A stretch of DNA of 63,797 bases, filler included, from Conidiobolus incongruus B7586 (Eukaryota), in NCBI GenBank assembly GCA_000697335.1. It is 10 parts of 10 records of this genome, joined end to end, with 100 filler letters (N's around TTAATTAATTAA, not from the genome) between each part and the next. Parts side by side here need not be neighbours in the genome. Positions count along the whole stretch, not along the records: positions 33,929 to 48,880 come from JNEM01006748.1; positions 48,981 to 54,108 come from JNEM01006749.1; positions 54,209 to 62,116 come from JNEM01006751.1; 7 more parts are not named here. The stretch is one strand, 5' to 3'. Shown here one piece after another: positions 42,643 to 56,630 of this stretch. The notes below the pieces were generated by a model. That model was not told where the DNA came from. It ran no database searches and saw nothing but the letters and a program-made list of their open reading frames with translations. The position numbers were made by a program, and so were the translations under genes. Within the stretch, counting starts at the first letter, position 1. The number at the start of each line of letters is the position of its first letter.

Positions 42643-45518
42643 TTACAAAGAGTTGAAAATGCCAACACCTAGGAGTAAATTCCTCCTAGTGCATTTGAGA
42701 TATTTGATAGGCGTTCCTTTGGTCTTGAACTCCGCTAACAGGCCTTTGGGCTTGGATGGAGAGTTGTCAGTCCTAAGTCAAAGCAATTAGTCAATGTTAA
42801 ATAGGTCATAGATAGTAGCTTACGTGTCATTTCCATTAGCATCCCCGTCGGGATGAGAGTTTTCGATATTGGATTTGACGTCCCAGATCTTGATGGAGCA
42901 GTCGCTGTCCGCACTGAAGAGTACGTTACTATCCGCCGAGAATTCGAGTGAGTGCACCACTTTGGGTGATGTAATTCCCGAAGTTCCGAGCTCAAAGTGG
43001 TACGAGCGTTTGCCGCTTCCGAGATCCCATACCATGATGCTATTATCGACACCTGTGTTTCAAAGTCAAAATGTGTAATGATGGGTATATTGATAAAAGT
43101 TACCTGCTGTAGCCATTGACTTGCCGTCAGGAGATACGGCAATCTTATATATTGGGGAAGTATGACCAGTGAATACACGTACGCAGCTACCTCTGTTCAC
43201 ATCCCACAATCTAGCTGTCTTATCAGTTGAGCCAGTCATTAAGTATTTAGAATTGGGATGGAATTTGACACAATCAACATCCGATAAATGACCCGTGAAA
43301 ACTCTGAGGGGTGAAGGATGATCCGTGGACCACAAGCGACTCGTTCTATCTAGAGAAGCTGTAGCGAAATAGTAAGAGGTTGGGCTGAAATCTACGTCCC
43401 AGACTGGGAAATTGTGACCTTTGTAAACTACAAGAGTTTGGTAAGTTTCTAAACTCCATAATCTCACTATTAAGAAATTAGTAAATTGATATGATTCATT
43501 CATAATGTATTAATGAATACCTGTCTTATCTTCAGAGCAACTTAACAAACACTGATTATCCTGACTAAAGCTCAATCCAAAGATGGGTCCGGAATGCCCA
43601 ATTAGTTTGCGGTTTGTCGCCATGCCTCTCTCCCTCATTCTGTTCAAATCGCTAGCTAAATAACATTTAATAAATGTTGTAATAAAGATTGATTATAAAT
43701 TACCATCTTTGACCATCGCAGGATTGATAGTACCCTTAAGCGCTCTCAGAGGTTCGTTGAGCAAACTATAGAGTCCTATATAACTGTCACGTGTACCAAT
43801 TGCCATTAAGTTCAAGTTATCGGAAAGCGTGGTACAATTGATACTAAATTGGTTAAAAGTCAGCATTATATCAAACCAAAGTTCAAAAGAGTTACTTATT
43901 ATTCGAATTATGCCAAGTGTAGCAACAAATTGAGGGTAACGCCTTGGATCTGCCTCCTAGGGTAATACGGTGGCGAAGATCTTTGATAAATTCGAGTTCT
44001 CGTTTGGAATCGGCTCCTTTGCTGGATTTATAATATTAGTTTAGAACTTGTTGCTATTTTGGTAAGATTCTTACTATGGTGGAAGGGGCAAATCGTCAGT
44101 TTGAGAAATTTCGGGATCGATATCGTCGTAGTAACGTTTTAGAGTGCTTAATAAGCTGTTAGATTTGGGATCTTTGTACTGATTCAAAGTTGCTGTGGGT
44201 GTTGTGGCTTCTCCTTCCTTAGACTTGGATTTGTCGGCATTCTGATCCTACATATTAAAATTAGAAAATACATACTACAAGGAAATTTAATGTTACATCT
44301 TTGTTGATACTAGAAGCACGATCTTCCTCCTTAACCAACAATTCAACTTCAGCCATCATTTCTGGAGGAATTGGACGCTTTCCCAAGTAAATTTTCTCCT
44401 GATTAAGCTGATTCAATTCCTGTTGAACGTGACCAGTAATACCAATGTAGCATCCTCTAGGATCTCCAGCATCAGGAATAGCGTCAGTCACTAACCAACA
44501 TTGTGAGTAAGTATCCAAAGAATAAATAAAAAGACTACATACCGACAACATTGACCCATTTATTAATAATTCTCAAATTGAGAAGATATCGACTCTCTGA
44601 CAAAAGACCAATCATTAGCCTGAATCCATTCTTACTCACCTTTACGCCAAATTTGTTCCCCCTGAAAATTTTGACGAGTTCGTGATCCATAGGATTTGTA
44701 CTAAGCGTCAATGTCTTAAACTTCTGCAGATCTTCCGAAAAGTAGGTGACATGGTCATCGGAAAACTTGTCAAAAAAATTGCGAGCTTCCCCAGTCTCTT
44801 GTCGCTCTATCAAATCGAGGTAGGAGTGGATGAACAAGGGATAGAGTAGAGAACTCAGTTCGGTCTTGTACATTTCTAGGGAATTGTGCGCCCAGTTTCG
44901 GTATTCGAGATATGCGTTAGAATAGTCTGAGGGCTGGGACGATAGTGCATGCTGTCTTAATAATTCTGTAAATTCGTCGTCATTATTATTTATGTTAGAG
45001 GGTTGAACAGATGATATTGCGCCGCCGTCCTTCATTGTGGTGTTTTGGAATCCACCTTGTTGACCTGAAGCACTCTGGTATGATGATGGGGGAGGCTGTG
45101 GATTGCTGGCAATTAATTGGGTTGATATACTGGCAGCGGTGGGAATATCGGTTGGATAACCACGTCCCTGGAAAAAATTCTTAATTACGGTATCCAAAGT
45201 TTGTGGAGGTCTGGGAACTGGATCTGAAGTTTTCGTCTCCTTCAAGTTTGCATCATCTTCATTTTCATTAGAGTTCGATACATTTGCAACAGTTTCACTT
45301 GCCACAGGGGCTTCGGTATTGGAAACTGGATTTGGAATAGCTTCGGAAGGAATTTGGGCATTGGCTGGAGGCGCAGGTTGAATATTTGGTTGGATATTAC
45401 TAACTTGTGTTATATTGACAGCATTTTGGGTTGAATTTTGTGAAGGGGTTTGAGGGTTTAAGGGAGATTCAGAAGAAGGTTCTCGAATTGCCTCAGTCGA
45501 CTGATTGTTATTATTCAT
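42643..45518 (-). CDS. TAF5: TFIID/SAGA subunit TAF5, multi-exon
   Basis: NTD2 [42 protein letters not shown]40s [48 protein letters not shown]-terminus FKTKGTPI...[10 protein letters not shown]. Confidence 0.96.
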
Positions 45519-47250
45519 GCTTATGAAATTGACTATATATAGTTTACTATTTTTTCAGAATTCTCAACTATTTAATCGTTGTACAGTTTCAATAAACTAA
45601 AATTTCCAAATTTTTCTAATATTCTTTACTTTTTGATATCAAAATAATTTAAATATAAATAATTATTGGTGTAATTAAATAATAATTAAAGTAATGATGT
45701 ATGAAATAAAAGTTATTGATTTTTTGATTTTTAGGGACCATATTCATTATCATTATTAATGTTGAAATTTGTAAATTAGAAAATTATGGGATTGAAATTT
45801 AATATAATTTATTAATTCAAATACTCTTAGAATTGATAAAAATTGCTAATATGAAAAATAATATATATATTAAGTATTTTATAATATCGCTACAAATAAG
45901 ATTATTTCTTTTTTGAAATTATTGATGAAATACTTTTTATCAATTTGAATTTTTCAATATCTTTGGAAAATCAAAATTGAAAATATATTTTAATTTCAGG
46001 TAACAATATGAAAATACATCAAAATTTATTTTGTATTTTTTATAATATATATTGCTAGATTGATAGTATTTGATTAATCTATCATTAATTTGTATTTAAT
46101 ATTTATTGTATTGATATAACTTTATATCACGAAGAAATGAAATATATTAACATAGATTTTATTAATATTAAAATATTAAAATATTGATAATAGTTATGTT
46201 AAAGTATAATCAATCAATAATTTGAATATTTTAATTAAATTAAAAGACACAAGGTTTTGATAATATATAGTATTATGTTAATGAATTATATAATATATAG
46301 TGTACTTGAAAGTTATTGAATTATATATGATAATAATGAATTTGAAAAAAAGGCCACCATATTGAAATCAAATGTTTATAAATTAATACAAAATAATACT
46401 GAATTTTTAAGAAGTTATTTCTAATAATTTAAACTTTTGTTGTATTTTTATATTAAGTTTTATAAATATAGGTTGTAGTTAGAAAAGTACTCAAAATATG
46501 ATTTAGTAAATTATTTATTAATCCTGCTCTTTAACATATTGGGACTGTAGGTTTGAAAACTTACTGTTGAGGTGTTGTAGCAGAATATCCAAAAGAAAAA
46601 ACTTTTTTCTATCTTTATCACTTTTGGGTTTAAATAGTTGCTTAATTGAATGCTATGAGATTTGAATATAATCTAATAAAGAAAACAAAGTGAACAAAGA
46701 GTATCCTTTAATTATAGACTGACAAAGCCAGCTTAAATTAGAATTAATATTGGTTTAACTATCACAATGGAATAAATGATTAAATTTAAAATACAACACT
46801 TTATCAAAGGCATAATAATGAAAAATATTTAATAAATTATATAATCTTAATACCTAATCATTAGAAATAAAAATCCAGAGATTGAAATTGAATTTAATTT
46901 GTAGATGAGTTGAAAGAGTGATATGAAAATATTATGAATTTGTGCTGGTTTTAATATAAAATTAATAATTAAGTGAATTGACAGAGATCGGAAAATTTAG
47001 GAAAACTGATTTTGATTAATTTAAGATCAATACTCAAAAATCATATAAAATGTTATATAATTAGACAAATTACTTGTTGTATTTATAACGAAACTAATTA
47101 TCTCAAAATAAGATAATTAAAGTTTCCAAAATCTGTCGAGATTACAAGATTGAAAAAACAGCCTAATATAAAAATTAGCTATCAATAATAAACTTCCTAG
47201 AAAATTTTCAAATTTTAGTTGAAATTTTAATTTTTAAAAAATTGAGTTAA

Positions 47251-47460
47251 TTATTCTTCGTCGGGTTTAGCCCAGAGCCTACCGGCCAAAGGGATTTTGG
47301 ATAAGATGTCTTGTTGGACCAAGGGAACACCTTCACCTAAGAAGAGTAAAGCAATACCAGCGACGGCACCAAAACGAACGGCGGTGGGGGCCCAACGCAT
47401 AGCGATTTCGGGAGTAATGCGACCAAAATGGGGAGTTTTCTTATATCTGTTGAGATTCAT
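47251..47460 (-). CDS. QCR10: Cytochrome bc1 complex subunit 10
   Basis: 69 aa, PHFGRITPEIAMRWAPTAVRFGAVAGIALLFLGEGVPLVQQDILSKIPLAG, typical fungal Qcr10. Strong codon bias. Confidence 0.9.
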   Translation of the reverse strand: MNLNRYKKTPHFGRITPEIAMRWAPTAVRFGAVAGIALLFLGEGVPLVQQDILSKIPLAGRLWAKPDEE

Positions 47461-47846
47461 TTTTATTTGATTAACTAGTTAACTGAGATATATACAAGTT
47501 AATTAAGGTTTGATATTGATTGTGTATCTTAATTATTAGGAATTGATATGATACAGTGTGATCAAAATTTATGGGATTGGATTATCTTATCTCTATCAAA
47601 TCAATTTTAATTATTTGATATAAATAATTTAATATATTTTGATAAAGCCAAATATCATATAAAATCATAAAATTAATATTTACTTAATAACAATATCTAT
47701 ATTTAGGTATATATTATATTACTCTTTTAGATAGCTATTTATTAATTCGACATAATTCTTCATTTTCAATCAAATTTCAAAAATACACTCTTTTTATATA
47801 ACCAAAAATTTATGGAATTTAAATTATATTGTACAAATAGATATAC

Positions 47847-47847
<1 letters not shown>

Positions 47848-47881
<34 letters not shown>

Positions 47882-47883
47882 TT
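47848..47883 (+). repeat. (AAT)n microsatellite, ~11-12 units
   Basis: Direct inspection. Confidence 0.9.
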
Positions 47884-48416
47884 GAAATTATAACTCACCT
47901 TTTTAATGTTCCCTATATATCAATCAACAGATTAAAATTAATTAAATATAAATTCAATTTTAATCCAATTTGTGAAATCTTATTTCTTTGTGAATTAACT
48001 AATAGCACTTTTTTACAGTTAATATTTCAGTTCCAAAATTATAGATGAACATATTATGATTAAATTAATAAATTAGTTTATCTTACAAGTATATTTAATT
48101 TTTTTTGGAAAAATAAAAAATATTCATTTTTATTTTTCTAATATAAGTTCAATATAAATATCATTGAATTTAGGTATTCTTCCTGAGTTTATAATGAGTA
48201 ATATATTTTCATATAAATAATATTTTGTATTTTGTATTTTGGAATCTGAATCTGAAATATCAAATATATCTTAATTGTGATATGTAGCATTAAAGAATCA
48301 ATAACCAGATAATTTTCAAAATAATTTTTATATAGTATTATTTGAATTATTATGTGTGAAAATAATTTATATGAATTATTTAATTTAACTTAACAAAAAA
48401 TTTTCTTGGAATTATA

Positions 48417-48880
48417 TACTAACTTATAAAAATAAGTCATAGAATCAAAAACACTTATATTTTTACTAATAACTTAATTAATATTTAATAAAATAAACTT
48501 AAATTAAATAATTAAAATTATATTTATTTTTATTAATATAAATTATTAAATAATAATATTTAGTTAATTAATTAGTTAAAATATCAACTCTTAAATTTTA
48601 CTTAAGATAAGTTATAAATTTATAGGTTTTTAGTAATAAAAAAATTAAAACTTAATATATTTACCTATAACATTTTTAAATTTTTTAAGTTTATAAGGTA
48701 TAAAATCAATTAACTTTTTATATTAAAAAACATTAATCTTGTTTTATATCTCTTAAATATATTTTTAAAATTAATTTAAATTTTTTATTAAAAAAAATTT
48801 TAATAATTTTTTAACTAGTTTTAAAGTTATTTAATTAAATTAAGGTTAAGAAATTAAAAAAATTATTTTATAACTATTAC
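48417..48880 (-). mobile_element. Tc1-like copy, TIR plus transposase 3' end, truncated by gap
   Basis: TA|tactaacttataaaaataagtcatagaatcaaaaac TIR; colinear with 51495-51965 but far more AT-shifted. Confidence 0.88.
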
Positions 48881-49573
48881 NNNNNNNNNNNNNNNNNNNN
48901 NNNNNNNNNNNNNNNNNNNNNNNNTTAATTAATTAANNNNNNNNNNNNNNNNNNNNNNNNNNNNNNNNNNNNNNNNNNNNTAGTTTTAATATAATTCAAT
49001 TTAATTTTAAGTCTATTAAGACCAAATAAATATGAATTAATCTATGATTTAAGGAGCCAAAAATAATACTCCCTTATGATATTAAATATATAAAAAGTTA
49101 TTATAATTGTTAACATCTTATATATAAATCTAATCTTAATGCTAATTAAAAGTCCCAAAATATTATTAGAAAATATTAATACAAATAAAAAAATATAAAG
49201 CATTATATATAATCCCAGAGGAAGTGATAAAAGATCAAAATTAATCTTATTAAATATATTAAATATAGATATATTAAAAAACTATTTCCATATTATTTAA
49301 TAAAGATTATTTCAAATAATATCAATATAATATGTTTATTATAAAGTGGTTTTACTGATAATCAATATTGATATTGCATTTAAAGTTAATATTTTAAATG
49401 AATAGGATATTTATATTAAGTTAAAAAAAAAGCTTATTAACCTAATGGCTGGAAAATAAGAGTTTATTATTAAGGTTTTATAATCAGATTTATATAGTTA
49501 TCAGGTAAATAAAAATATATTACAATAAAATTATAAAAGAATTAATAAATAAATAATTATATTTGATTATATA

Positions 49574-50830
49574 CATTTGCTTATAAAAGTCAGTTATAAA
49601 ATTATGACTATATATATTTTTATTAATAACTCTGTTAATTCTTAATTAAATTGATTTAAATTAAAATATATAATAAACTTATATTATTTATTTATAATTA
49701 AATATATTTGATCTAATTATATTAACTTTTAGTTATTATATTAAAATTTAAATTTTATTTAAAATAAGTTATAAATTTGTATATTTTAGTTATAAAAAGG
49801 AAATTAAAACTTAATATATCTATCTTTTGCTTTTTTAACTTCTTTAAGTTTATAAGCTATAAAGTCAACTAACTTTTTATATTAAAAAGAATTAATTTTA
49901 TTTTAAGCTTCTTAAATATATTTTTAAATCTTATTTAAATTTTTTTTGGTGAAAAAGCTTTAACTATTTTTTTCACTAATTCCAAAGGTATTTAATTAAA
50001 TTTAAGTTAAAGGATTGAAAAAACCACTTTATAAATGTTATTTTATTATTTTTAAACTATTTGGTAATAGAAATAATAATATATCAAAAGACATTATTTT
50101 ATTAGAAAATAATATCTAATTTATTTAACCTATATTATTTAATAATATTTTTTAATTTAATATTTAAATTATTTTAATATATTTTAATATTAATTCCCCT
50201 ATCAACTTTATAAAAATACCTTATACTAATATATAATATATATATATAAATTATAATTAACTTATTATTAAATTTTTAATTTAAAATAACATAATAGTTA
50301 TAAAGTAATTTTTTTAAAATATCTAGCTTTTTTATTAAATTTACTAAGTTATATTATTGTTTTATCAAATTAAATAACTTTATTTTAATTAATTTTAATT
50401 TAATTATAATAATGATATTTAAACTCTTATCTAACTTTATAATAGAATTTCTTTAGTTAAGAGTGTTTTTTCTTAAAATATAGGTGATATTTGTTATAAG
50501 GTAAAGTGTGTAAAATAATATTAATATTAACTAATATCCTTATATAGTCTTGTAATTCTTTCTTTATTTTTATAGTAATATTATATTTCCTTATATTAAC
50601 TAACATATAAATATATCTTTTATCATTTTATTTATAATCTTAATATTTTTAAATTTAAGTTTAAATATATCCTTATTATAATTTTTAATATCTTTAACCA
50701 TAATAAACTAACTAACATTAATAATTCTAGTAATCTTATAAGTTAATTTATCTTTAACATAGAGTTAATTAATATAAGTGAATTTTTTTAAAAAGGGATT
50801 TAAGTATTTTAATACTAATATTAATTAAAA
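49574..50830 (-). mobile_element. Tc1-like copy (subfamily B-like), 5' end missing or interrupted
   Basis: TA|catttgcttataaaagtcagttataaaatt TIR; transposase relic ~50805-49805. Confidence 0.85.
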
Positions 50831-50867
50831 CAATAATTTAAAATATTAATATTAATATAAATATATA

Positions 50868-53800
50868 TACTAACCTATAAAAATAAGTTATAAAATCAAA
50901 TATATATATATATATATATATATTAATTAGTAATTAAAACAATTATATATATTAAATTACTTGAAATTATAATATATAATTATAATATATTATATGATAA
51001 TAAATAAATATATTTAAATATATTAAGTAAATTATTAGCAAAAATATTAACCCTTAATATTTAACCAAGGTGAGTCATAAATTTGCAGGTTTTTAAGATA
51101 AAGGGATATATTTAACAATATATAACTATATCTTTTTTCTCTTTTTGTTTTTACTTTATATAATATTTTATAGATATATTAAATTTTTTTATTAGTATCA
51201 TTATATTTAAATCCCTCTCTAAAAAAATTTACTTGTGTATCAATTAACTTTATAAAAAAAATAAATTAACTTATAATATTACAAAAATTATTAGTATTAA
51301 TTATTTTACTATAGTTGAAGTTATTAAGAATAACAATAAAAATACATTTAAACTTAAACTAAAGTATGTTAAAATTATAAATAAATATAATAAGAACTAT
51401 ATTTATAAGTTGGTTAATATAAGCAAGTATTATACTATTATAGAAATATAACAAAAATTATGAAACTATACAAAAATATTAGTTAGCACTAATACACTAA
51501 CCTACAAAAGTGAGTCATAAAATCAAAAACACCTATATTTTTACTAATAACTTGATTAATATTTAATGAAATAAACTTAAATTAAATAATTAAAATCTAT
51601 TATATTTATTAGTTATATATATCATTAAATGATGATATTTAGCTATTAATTGGCTAAAATATAAACCCTTAAATTTTACCTAAGGTGAGTTATAAATTTG
51701 TAGGTTTTTGGTGATAAAAAAAAATTAAAACCTAGTGTATCCACCTTTAGCTTTTCTAACTTCTTTAAGTCTGTGGGGCATAGAATCAACTAACTTCTTA
51801 CACTAGGAAGGGTTAATCTTGTTCTATGCTTCTTGAACATATTCCTAAAGTTGATCTAAATTTTTTGCTGGGGGGAAAGCTTTAATAGCTTTTTTTAACT
51901 AATCCCAAAGGTGTTCAATTAGATTAAGGTTAGGAGATTAAGGAGGCCACTTTATAACTGTTATCTTGTTATTTTTAAGCTATTTGGTAGTAGAAGCTGT
52001 AGTATAGCAAGAGGCATTATCTTGCTGGAAAATAACATCAGATTTGTTTAACCCATACTATTCAATGGTTTTTTTCAATTCATTGTTCAGAATACTTTGG
52101 TACATCTCAGTATTAATTCCCCCATTAACTTTACAAAGATACCCTACACCTGAAGACAACATACATCCCCAAACAATAATTGACCCACCACTATACTTTT
52201 GGGTAGAATTAACATGATGGTCACAAAGTAATTCTACATCTTTTCTGAAGCATCTAGCCCTTCTATCAGATCCACTAAGGTATATTTTTGTTTCATCAGA
52301 CTAAATAACCTTACTCCAATCAGTTTCAGTTCAACATTAGTAGCAACATTCAAACTCTTACCTAGCTTTACAGTAGGATTTCTTTAGTTGGGGGCATTTT
52401 TTCTTGAGGTGTGAGTAGTATCCATGCTGACATAAAGCACATATAATAGTATCAGTGCTAACCAATATTCCTGCATAGTCTTACAGTTCCTGCTATATTT
52501 CTACAGCAGTACTACACTTGCCTGTACTAACCAACCTACAGATATACTTCTCATCATGTTCATCTATGATCCTAGCACACTTAAGTTTAGGTTTAAATGT
52601 TTCTTTATTGCTATTCTTAACAGCCTTAACTACAGTAGACTAGCTAACACCAGTAATTCTAGCAATATCATAAGTTGATTTACCTTCTTTACAAAGTTGA
52701 TTGATGCATAAGTGGATTTTTTTAGAGAGGGATTTAGGTATAATAATACTAATAAAAAAAATTTAGTATATCTGTAAAATATTATATAAAATAATAGCAA
52801 AGAGAGAAAAAAGATATGGTTATATATTGTTAAATATATCCCCTTATCTCAAAAACCTGCAAATTTATGACTCACCTTGGTTAAATATTAAGGGTTAATA
52901 TTTTTGCTAATAGTTTACTAAATATATCTAAATATATTTATCTATTATTAAATAATATACCTTAATTATATATTATAGTTTCAAGTAATCTAATATATAC
53001 AATTGTTTTAGTTATTAATTAAAATATATATATTTTTGATTTTATGACTCACTTTTGCAGGTCAGTGTATTATTATATGTGTTTTATATTAATATAGATA
53101 TTACTTTTATTTTAAGAAAAAACACCCCCAATTAAAGAAATCCTATTATAAAATTAAATAAAAGTTTAAATATTGCTCTTAATATTAAATTAAAGCTAAT
53201 GAGAGTAAAGTTATTTAGTTTAATAAAACAAAAATATACTTAATAAATTTAATAAAAAAGCTAGATTTTTTAAAAAAGATATAAAATTATTTTAAAACTA
53301 TTATGTTAATTTTACCTAATAGTATAATGATAAGTTAATTATTGTTTAAGGATAAATATTATTTTTAAGTGTAAGATATTTTTGTAAAGTTAATAGGGGA
53401 ATTAATATTAAGATGTATTAAAGTATTTTAAATAATAAATTGAAAAAAATTATTGAATAATATAAGTTAAAAAAAATTCAATAATATTTTCTAATAAGAT
53501 ATTACCTTTTGTTATATTATAGCTTCTATTATTAAATAGCTTAAAAATAACAAAATAACAGTTATAAAATAGTTTCTTCAATCTTTTAACTTTAAACTAA
53601 TTGAATATTTTTAAGATTAGTTAAAAAAAGCTGTTAAAGCTTTTCCTTTAACAAGAAATTTAAATTAGCTTTAAGAATATTTTTTAAGAAATATAAAACA
53701 AGATTAATCTTTTTTAATATAAAAAGTTAATTGATTCTATACCCTACAAACTTAAAGAAATTAAAAATGCTAAAGATAGATATATTAAATTTTAATTTTT

Positions 53801-54023
53801 TTATCACCAAAAACCTATAAATTTATAACTCATCTTAAGTAAAATTTAAGGATTGATATTTTAACCAATTAATAATTAAATATTATCATATAATAATTTA
53901 TTCTATTAATAGATATAATAAATTTTAATTATTTAATTTAAGTTTATTTCAATAAATTTTAATTAAATTACTAGTAGAAATATAAGTGTTTTTGATTTTA
54001 TAACTCACTTTTATAAGTTAGTA
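50868..54023 (+). mobile_element. Tc1-like host copy, split by a nested younger copy at 51495-53067
   Basis: Both TIRs present. The sequence either side of the insert rejoins to agcactaaTAttattatatgtg, exactly as in the uninterrupted copy at ~62840. Confidence 0.92.
51495..53067 (-). mobile_element. Tc1-like (DD34E) transposon, full-length 1573 bp, least-mutated copy; transposase pseudogene ~52741-51725
   Basis: TA duplications at 51493-4 and 53068-9; TIR CACTGACCTGCAAAAGTGAGTCATAAAATCAAAAA. Motifs WSKVI*SDETKI, GGSIIVWGCM, IFQQDNASC and KWPP*SPNLNLIEHLW, with 34 residues between D and E. Confidence 0.97.
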
Positions 54024-54208
54024 AATATATATATATATATATATATAATTTAATAAAAATTATTCAAGTAATTTTTGTTTTATATATTTTTTTAACTTAT
54101 TAACCTAANNNNNNNNNNNNNNNNNNNNNNNNNNNNNNNNNNNNNNNNNNNNTTAATTAATTAANNNNNNNNNNNNNNNNNNNNNNNNNNNNNNNNNNNN
54201 NNNNNNNN

Positions 54209-56630
54209 ATTATTTTAAAATTATATGATACTATAAAATATAAGATTAGAAATTAATTAATCTAATAATTTCCAATTAATAAAAATAAATATATTATTTA
54301 AATTTAATAATTTTATTTATTATTAATGACTTTTGGTTATATTTTCATTATATTTCTAATATTTGCATTATTTCTTAACTATAAATTAATATTTAATAAT
54401 TTATAAAGTTTAAATTTTAATAATAATTTTAAATAATTTATTATTATTTTTTAATCACCCAAAGTCATTATAATTATATATTTTTTAATCTAATAATTTT
54501 AATAAAAATTATAACTATTTTAAATTTTATAATAACAAAATATTATATAACTTTAATTTTAAATATTTTATAATTATTATATAAAATAATAAGTGTCCTA
54601 ATTTTATATTAATATCTTTAATTAAAAATAATTTTATATAAAAAAATAATATATAAATCTATTAATTATTAGAATTAATTATTTTTATTAATAAATAAAA
54701 TATTAAAATTTATTAATAGAATCATTTTAGCTTAATTTAATATTTTATTTTTTATTATATTAAAGAAATATATATTTTAATTTATAAATAGTTAATTCTA
54801 ATAATTTATTATAAAAACTTTAATAATTAATTATATTTTAGTAAGCTTTAATCTTTTATAAATATTTGGGTAATTTTTAAGTTTTAATTTATTTATTAAA
54901 TATTTTTAAACTATATTAAGTATAATATATAAATATAATTAAACTTAATTTATTTTTATCTTTTTTAATTAGAATAAAATATTTCTTATAATAAATTTTT
55001 AAATTATTAATATTCAAAATAAAATTATAATTGAGATTATATTTTTTTTATAATTTATCAAATTTTTGATAATTTTTATTTTAATTTTAAAATAGTTTAT
55101 TAAGTAATAAATACTTGTTATAAATATTTTTTTATTCAAAATAACCTATAAATATTAAAAAATTTCAAAAATCTATTATTAAGTTTTATAAATAATAAAT
55201 TAAAATAATTTAAATAATCAGTGTATATTTAAAATATAATATAATTAAATAATAATATTAAAAATATTTTTTTAATATAAAAAAGTTATTATAATATTAA
55301 TATATTTATAATATAATATAATTTCCAATATATATAATATTTATTTATATATCTTAATTTAATAACTATAAAATAATAAAAATTAAAATTAAAAAAATAT
55401 TTAATTATTTTAAATTGAAAAAAATTTATATTTAAATTAATAGATATTTTTTAATTAAAATATTAATTTTGATATTTTTATAATTTGAATATATTTAAAT
55501 TAAATATTAATAATTAAGTTTTTTGGATTTTTATATTAATTAATATTAATAATAAATTTTTAATATTTATATAATTTAAAAATAATTTATTAAATTTATT
55601 ATAATATTTTATTATTTATTAACTTATTTTGAATATTATAAATAATTATATAAAAATTAATTAAAAGTTTTAAAAATAATTTTTTTTAATTATAAAAAAA
55701 GCTAAATATATATTTAATATATATTATTATTTCAATTATAAAGTAATTAAATTAATTTAATATTTAATATATATTAAAGTTTTAAATTATATTAAATAAT
55801 TAAAATATTAAATAAATATTTAATAAATTATTTCAAAAAAATAAATATTTAAATAGAAAAATTTATAAAAAATATTTTAAAAATTAATTAAAAAATAAAA
55901 ATTTTAAAATAAATTATATATTTATTCTATATAACTGCTTATTAAAATAAAAATTAAATATTTAATATAAAAATAATTTTGATTTAATTATAATAATTAA
56001 ATAGTTCTTTATTATAAAATATAAATTATTATAATATATTTATAATATTATATTATTATTTCTAATTATTAAAGATAATTTTATTAATAATAATTTAAGG
56101 TTATTTGTCATTTAAAAGAATAATTATAGAGTCCATTAAGTTATAGCTTTAAAAGATTATCTAATTAATTATTAATTAATAAAAGCTATTATATCTAATA
56201 TACTTATTAAATTATAATCTTTATAATGATAATTTTATTTTAAGCAATTAAAAAAAATATATTTACAAAAAAGAAAATCTCTATAAATAAATTTAATTTA
56301 TTTGTGAAATATCAAGTTTTAGTTTTTAATAACAAGAACTATATTTCAAGTTTTAAAAGTATCCTAAAAATATAGTATAGAATTATTAATAAAATATTAA
56401 TATTAATATTAATATTAAGGTCTAAACTCACCTAGGGCAAGGAATTATATAAGAGGGAATAAAATACTAAGCATATAACCAAAAAAACTAAGTAATATAT
56501 AAAAGAAAGAATAAAGAAAATAGAGAAAAGTGATTATTAGAAAAGGTTAAGCAGTTCAAATATCTAAAACTCTTTAAACGATGGCTTATAATGTGAAGTT
56601 TCTAGAATATCACTAGTTCTTGTGACGAGG
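54209..56630. repeat. Extremely AT-rich degenerate repeat remnant, possibly ending in an LTR-like segment (~56400-56630)
   Basis: Almost no C/G, no CpG until the distal edge, starts at a gap. Family not recognisable. Confidence 0.4.

Noticed and set aside
48981..49560. Possible LINE endonuclease relic (IYNPRG..., GFTDN)
   Set aside because: Too degenerate; two short motifs are not enough to call.
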